64,000 nucleotides of DNA, taken from NCBI GenBank assembly GCA_034408725.1, contig JAWXCN010000098.1, positions 19,783-83,782 on the forward strand, read 5' to 3'. Below are positions 57,562 to 64,000 of this stretch, in pieces. The notes beneath the pieces were generated by a model, which was not told the origin of the DNA, did no database searches, and saw only the letters and a list, made by a program, of their open reading frames with translations. This DNA is from Candidatus Hydrogenedentota bacterium (GTDB lineage Bacteria; Hydrogenedentota; Hydrogenedentia; Hydrogenedentales; SLHB01). The translations under genes were made by a program, and so were the position numbers. How positions within the stretch are numbered: the first letter of the stretch is position 1; the number at the start of each line of letters is the position of its first letter.

Positions 57562-59028
57562 CTATCCGAGCGATTCGTACTCCCAATCGCTCAATGGTGT
57601 CATGCTATCAAAATCGGTGTCGATCCCCACGCCGAATCCAGATACATCCAAGGACCGCAGATCCAGCATCCCCTCGCGGATTCGCAACCGCGCGCTGTCG
57701 CGGAAGGATTCGTACAAGCCGCCGTGAACGCGGAGACACGCGTCGAGTTCCGCCGGGGAGACATGGTCGAGAGTGCCGCAGTAATGGTGTCCGTTGCGTT
57801 CGACGTGGCTGATGCCCAGCGCGCTCACCGCGCAGAGGTCTTGTTGCAGGGGGACAATCGGCTGGTTGCAGAGGTCTTCAGCGCTGAGGGTATACGCTTT
57901 TCCCAAGTCGCGCGTGTAGTGATCGACGAGCATGCGGTTCATCAATCCGTGGAACACGCCTTTGCAATTTTTAACGCTGACGCCGCGGTATCCCAGGCTT
58001 GCGGCGATTTTGAAGGAATCGAGTTGGTCGTCTGATTCGTCGATGATGACTGGTGGCAATTCGGTGGCCGCGGCGAGGCCGGCAACGCCGGTTTCCGACA
58101 AGGCCGCGCTACGTTCGATGGGTTGTTCGATGAAAAGGACTTTCGCCAACAGCGGCCGCATTGCTGCCACATCGGACACAGCGGCGTACCACGCGCGCAA
58201 TTCTTCGACGGACTGGAACTGTTCGTTGCCATCAAGCGTCAGGTGATAACCGTCCGGCAACGCGGCATCGAATAGTATCGCGAGGGCAACCAGGCGCGGC
58301 CGGTCGACCTCGATGTTCGCACAAATCTTGACCTTGAAATAGCGCACACCCGCTTCGCGAATCCACGCTTCGACACTCTGCGGAATGCCATCGTTGAGAC
58401 GTTCGTCCGCGGGAATGTCGCTGTCCAAAATGGGATCGCCGAGACCTACGGTATGCCGCACGGCAATCTCCGTCAAAGGCTCGCGGGGGAGTATCGATGG
58501 CAGATCGATCGCGCGCAGCTCATCGTGAACGGCGCCCGGATCGATTCCGAGCATGTTCTCCTTCAGCATCGCGAAATAACTCCGGTTCGCGGCCTTGCCC
58601 GCGGCATCGATCAGTGCGCGTTCGATGATCGAGGACCCGAATGATCCCGTCAGTCCGTTGAGCCCGACCAGTTGTGTGGCGTCCTGCGTGAGATCATAGG
58701 CTTCCCGCCAAATGTCGAACGGCGGGCGGCATTCATTCGCCACGGCGAGGTACGCCTGCACCCCCGTCTTCGCCGCGAGTATGAGGTCGCTGATGTTGCG
58801 GCGGAATTCTTTGTCGGGGGCCTTGTCAAACCATTTCGGTGGGAGCATGTCCGCGCTCACGCCAATGAAGCTTTTCCCGTGCTCGTCCCGCGCGACAAGC
58901 TTTGTATGGAGCAGCGGCGCCGCAGTGAGGCAAGCTGTGCCGTACCTGAAAGGCAGACGCATGTAGACGTTGCGGACGTAAAACGACACCGATTCAATGG
59001 CAAGCTTAACCGGAGCGCCAGCACTCAT
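57562..59028 (-). CDS. Uncharacterised enolase-superfamily (mandelate racemase/MLE-like) protein
   Basis: FKVK, LDGNE, FIEQP, IIDESD metal-ligand pattern, KNCKG. Confidence 0.78.
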   Translation of the reverse strand: MSAGAPVKLAIESVSFYVRNVYMRLPFRYGTACLTAAPLLHTKLVARDEHGKSFIGVSADMLPPKWFDKAPDKEFRRNISDLILAAKTGVQAYLAVANECRPPFDIWREAYDLTQDATQLVGLNGLTGSFGSSIIERALIDAAGKAANRSYFAMLKENMLGIDPGAVHDELRAIDLPSILPREPLTEIAVRHTVGLGDPILDSDIPADERLNDGIPQSVEAWIREAGVRYFKVKICANIEVDRPRLVALAILFDAALPDGYHLTLDGNEQFQSVEELRAWYAAVSDVAAMRPLLAKVLFIEQPIERSAALSETGVAGLAAATELPPVIIDESDDQLDSFKIAASLGYRGVSVKNCKGVFHGLMNRMLVDHYTRDLGKAYTLSAEDLCNQPIVPLQQDLCAVSALGISHVERNGHHYCGTLDHVSPAELDACLRVHGGLYESFRDSARLRIREGMLDLRSLDVSGFGVGIDTDFDSMTPLSDWEYESLG

Positions 59029-59040
59029 TTTTCATCCTTT

Positions 59041-59090
59041 ATACAACATATTGATAAAATATAGTCATTACATACAATATATAGTATATG
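59041..59090. promoter_or_regulatory. AT-rich putative repressor operator (GntR-like) upstream of enolase-like gene
   Basis: ATACAACATAT and ATACAATATAT direct repeats; imperfect palindrome CATACAATATATAGTATATG. Confidence 0.5.
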
Positions 59091-59272
59091 AAATAAATTC
59101 CTGTCAACGATTTACGAAACCGGGCCGTTATCCAGACAGTCCAATTTGCCACAATGACGGTTGTGTCGGGTATTCAACAGTAAAACGAAATCAGCGAACC
59201 CTTGTCGCAGTGGGGGTATCCACTTGGACCGGGAGTTCTGCTATACTACGGGAATTCGGGGAACTTTTCGCC

Positions 59273-59515
59273 ATGAAGCATACTAGGCATTTGCGCTATG
59301 GTTCTCGGCGGTACACCATGACACCGGAAGAATCGGCCACCTGGGATCGGGTGGATGATCACGAGCGGCGCAAGCTGCTCGGGGTTCTGGAAGATCGGCT
59401 CTCTGTCGATACCCCAGACGACTCCGGGTGCCAGCTCAGCTTTTACCATTCGAACGGGACGTTGCTCGCCAAGAGCGTCGTGCATCAGTCCCTTTTCCGC
59501 CCAAGCACCGGCTAG
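59273..59515 (+). CDS. Small hypothetical protein
   Basis: GGGGA upstream, TATACT upstream of that; no recognised motif. Confidence 0.45.
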   Translation: MKHTRHLRYGSRRYTMTPEESATWDRVDDHERRKLLGVLEDRLSVDTPDDSGCQLSFYHSNGTLLAKSVVHQSLFRPSTG

Positions 59516-59629
59516 GGGCGCACCCCTAACTATTTCCTAACGCAGACGCGAAAGCATTTGCGAAGGGGAGAGGTGTGTGGAAAAGGGAATGGACAAAACT
59601 TGGACAGACACGGACCAAACGGCGCACAA

Positions 59630-60577
59630 TCAGAGTAGATCGCACTGCGTCGGTTGGCTCGTCTCTGCTGCATACCAGCCGGATAAGAGCGCGCGGTCGT
59701 CGAGCGATTGATCGTCGCGGAGCAGCGGAGTCGCGCTGGATTGAGTGAACAATTTCGCGAATTGCGCTCCATCCTCCGAACGATAGTAAAACACCCGCTT
59801 GCCCTGTTCTCGCGCATGTTGTGCCGTGCGCATACTGCCCCCCATGCGTTTGGGTTCGACGACGCACACCAGTTTTGAAAATGCGGCGATGGTCGCGTTG
59901 CGCGTGACGGCGGCGTGGGTTTGCCAGGTCATTTCAGGATCGAACTGGCTGATGATGGCGCACCGGTTCGATTCGAGCGCGTCGCGCACGTACTGCGGAA
60001 AAGTATACGTCCGCATCCCCTGCGGCAGGACGATGATGCTTGTGCCGCCGCCTTCCAGCGCCGCGCGATGCGCGGCGGTGTCGATACCTTCCGCGCCGCC
60101 ACTGACGACGCAAATTCCTTCGCGCGTGAACACGCGCGCGCAATCTGCTGCGATGGCGTGGCCGGCCGGAGAGGGCGATCGCGTGCCCACGATGCCTGCG
60201 CTACGATCATCAAGCAGATCGAGATTTCCCACGCACCAAAGCATGGCCGGAGCTGTATCCGCCAAGTATCGGATCAAAAGGCCCGGATAGCGTTCCTCGC
60301 CAAAAGTAAAACACGCCACGCCGTGGTGCAGCATACGATTTACATGACGCTCGGCGCGCCGTAGCGCTTCGTCATGGACGCCCTTTATCGCTTTGACGAC
60401 CGAATCCGGTGCATGCGCCGCGCCTAGTTTCAGGATTTCCCGGTGATCGGTTTCGCGCAACTCGCTGACTTGCACGTCGAGGCTTTGCGCAATCGCCAGT
60501 GCGCGGCGCGCGACAGCATTGCCCGCGCCTTCCACGCGCATCAGTGCAACCAATACCGCAATATCTTCGGAGTCCAC
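59630..60577 (-). CDS. dprA: DNA-processing protein DprA/Smf
   Basis: GIVGTR, VVSGGAEGIDTAAH, RNATIA, GGSMRTA. Confidence 0.88.
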   Translation of the reverse strand: MDSEDIAVLVALMRVEGAGNAVARRALAIAQSLDVQVSELRETDHREILKLGAAHAPDSVVKAIKGVHDEALRRAERHVNRMLHHGVACFTFGEERYPGLLIRYLADTAPAMLWCVGNLDLLDDRSAGIVGTRSPSPAGHAIAADCARVFTREGICVVSGGAEGIDTAAHRAALEGGGTSIIVLPQGMRTYTFPQYVRDALESNRCAIISQFDPEMTWQTHAAVTRNATIAAFSKLVCVVEPKRMGGSMRTAQHAREQGKRVFYYRSEDGAQFAKLFTQSSATPLLRDDQSLDDRALLSGWYAAETSQPTQCDLL

Positions 60578-60715
60578 CGTGCTTTGTCCCTTTCACTGCG
60601 CATGCTACCATGTGCGGGCGATATTTATGCACATGCACACGTTACAGACAAACGCCCGCGCTCCGTATCATGGCATTTATTCTTGCCGCCCCGTATTTTC
60701 GGAAGATTGCCCACA

Positions 60716-62683
60716 ATGAGCGAACGGTTTGTGATCGCGATTGACGGCGGCGGCACAGGCACGCGGGCCGGTTTATATGATCAATCGGGCCAACTCATCG
60801 GCGAATGCAGCGGCAATCCGTGCAATCCGTTCCAGACAAACACGCACGTCGCCGCCACGCATGTCGCTTATCTTGCGCAAACGCTCCTGCGCGGGCGCAA
60901 GGGAAAAGTAATGCTCATCATCGCCGGAATTTCCGGCGCGAGAACGGAGCGGATTCGCGAAATTTTTGCGTTGGCGCTGTGCCAGTCCATCAACACCGAA
61001 CGAGTCATAGTCACGACCGACGTTCATGCCCAGCTTCTTGGCAATGCGGGTAACCATTCCGCTATTGCCGTCGTTTCCGGGACGGGCAGCAGCGTCGTTG
61101 CAATGGATGCCAACAACGTGTTGACCTCGTTTGGAGGGCGCGGTGCAAGGGTAGGGGACGACGGCAGCGCATATCATCTCGCGGTGATCGCGTTACGGAC
61201 CGCCTTCCGCTGGTTGGACGAACACGGGGAACGGCCCGATTTTCTCAGCGCGGTCGAGCGAAAAATTCCCGTGAAATCCGACGAAGAACTGATCGCGTGG
61301 ACGTTGCGGTCAAAGAAAGATGAAATAGCCGCAATAGCGGAACACATTATCGAGTTTGCCGCCTCCGGCGATGTTATTGCCCTTGCCAGTGTCGCGAACT
61401 CCGTGTCCTCGCTTGCCGCCATAACCCATGCGGCGATCCGCCGCGTTGAATTGGGCCGAAAGGCCCCTATATACGTTTTTGGCGGCATGTTTGAAAAGAG
61501 CCCGGCATACCGAAAGTTTTTTGAAGATGCGTTACGCAAACTCGGCGTTCCCAACGAACTCGCAGTCGCGCCAAAGACCGGACACCTTGCGGTCTATGCA
61601 CTCGCGCAACAATTGCCCCTGCCGGACTCCGTTCCGCACGTTGATGTAAAAGGCGAGTCGATCGCGGCGATGGAAAATTCCGCCTTCATCGCCACCGCAT
61701 TCGATATGCCTGAGCTGAATGCCGAATCGATGAATGTTGATCCGTATTGGGAACCTGAATCGGCCCAATTGCGGCCAAATGCAATGGCGCCGGATGAAGA
61801 CAATGAGCCAACAGGTGAAGATGTTGCACTCGATATTCTGAGTTCAGTCGATATCGTCGAACGCATGCACGCAGAAGATTTGAAGGCAGTTTCCGCGGCA
61901 ACGTATTGCCACTCGGAATTGGCGATGTTGATTAACCGGATAGTCGTTGCATTCCGCAAAGGTGGGAGACTTATCTACGTCGGCGCAGGAACGAGTGGAC
62001 GCTTGGGGGTGTTGGACGCATCGGAATGTCCGCCGACATTCGGCGTGCCGCCCGGACAGGTCATCGGCATCATTGCGGGAGGCGACCGCGCGTTTCGCGA
62101 AAGTATTGAAGGTGCAGAAGACGATGTGGACGCCGCCCGTGCGGACATTGAAGCGCTGGCGCCTGCGATTGGACCCAAGGATGTCGTAGTGGGCATCGCC
62201 GCATCGGGGACGACGCCGTACACGCTCGCGGCCATTGAGGCGGGCAAATCACGTGGCGCGGCCACGGCGCTGGTTTGTTGCGATCTCAATGCGACGGCGA
62301 ACGTCGATCACCTGGTCTCTCTGCCGGTCGGTCCGGAACCCTTGCCGGGTTCCACGCGACTAAAAGCCGGCACGGCCACAAAAGTTGTCTTGAACGCGAT
62401 CACCACCGGCGCGATGGCGCTATCGGGTCGCGTGTTCGAGGGATACATGATTCATGTGCAACCCACGAATGAAAAGTTGAAAAAACGCGCCGTGCGGATT
62501 GTCGCGGAGTTGACAGGATTGAACGATACCGCGGCGTCGAAATTGTTGGAAATGGCGGGGAACGACGCGGCGGTGACGGTTGTGGCGCATCGCGCGAACG
62601 TGAGCGTTGAGGCCGCGCGAGAGAGGTTGGCGCGGACGAGGGGAGACGTCCGGGCTGCGATTGCGCTGGGTGATGAGGGTTAA
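60716..62683 (+). CDS. murQ: Fusion: BadF-type sugar kinase (GlcNAc/MurNAc kinase-like) + MurNAc-6-phosphate etherase
   Basis: IDGGGTGT, SGTGS, GDDGSA; then YVGAGTSGRLGVLDASECPPTFG, EGAED, GSTRLKAGTATK. Confidence 0.92.
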   Translation: MSERFVIAIDGGGTGTRAGLYDQSGQLIGECSGNPCNPFQTNTHVAATHVAYLAQTLLRGRKGKVMLIIAGISGARTERIREIFALALCQSINTERVIVTTDVHAQLLGNAGNHSAIAVVSGTGSSVVAMDANNVLTSFGGRGARVGDDGSAYHLAVIALRTAFRWLDEHGERPDFLSAVERKIPVKSDEELIAWTLRSKKDEIAAIAEHIIEFAASGDVIALASVANSVSSLAAITHAAIRRVELGRKAPIYVFGGMFEKSPAYRKFFEDALRKLGVPNELAVAPKTGHLAVYALAQQLPLPDSVPHVDVKGESIAAMENSAFIATAFDMPELNAESMNVDPYWEPESAQLRPNAMAPDEDNEPTGEDVALDILSSVDIVERMHAEDLKAVSAATYCHSELAMLINRIVVAFRKGGRLIYVGAGTSGRLGVLDASECPPTFGVPPGQVIGIIAGGDRAFRESIEGAEDDVDAARADIEALAPAIGPKDVVVGIAASGTTPYTLAAIEAGKSRGAATALVCCDLNATANVDHLVSLPVGPEPLPGSTRLKAGTATKVVLNAITTGAMALSGRVFEGYMIHVQPTNEKLKKRAVRIVAELTGLNDTAASKLLEMAGNDAAVTVVAHRANVSVEAARERLARTRGDVRAAIALGDEG

Positions 62684-62684
62684 T

Positions 62685-64000
<1,316 letters not shown>

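Noticed and set aside
40661..60577. PilT-like ATPase plus dprA as a competence cluster
   Set aside because: They are about 17 kb apart with unrelated genes between; no pilins or comEC in the window.

Overview
GC-rich bacterial chromosomal window from a diderm, flagellated heterotroph. The gene mix (Tat sulfatase, DUF1592/DUF1552 pair, large carboxypeptidase-regulatory-repeat protein, TolC) resembles PVC-like or Candidatus Hydrogenedentota genomes; this is inference only. All family assignments come from motif recognition, not database searches. Mostly housekeeping and catabolic genes: mdh, asd, trxA, panE, amt, dprA, acyl-CoA dehydrogenase, a sugar ABC importer with a fused ATPase-permease, a MacAB-TolC-type exporter, a sigma28/CsrA-type flagellin flanked by two GT2-TPR genes, and a kinase-MurQ fusion. 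I found no rRNA, tRNA or CRISPR array. Main points of interest: (1) a ~3.7 kb decayed hotspot (34.5-38.3 kb) where two intact AT-richer genes (DUF3800-like, DUF4352-like) sit among four transposase remnants, one MITE with a reconstructable empty site, and a 5'-truncated GH29 fucosidase; (2) many REP-like and short tandem repeat families, some translated in frame inside proteins; (3) a co-oriented enolase-like + MetE-like + Tm-1-like + cupin gene set that may be an undescribed catabolic pathway; (4) large insertions in TolC, the membrane fusion protein and a PilT-like ATPase; (5) several antitoxin-like genes with missing or broken toxin partners.
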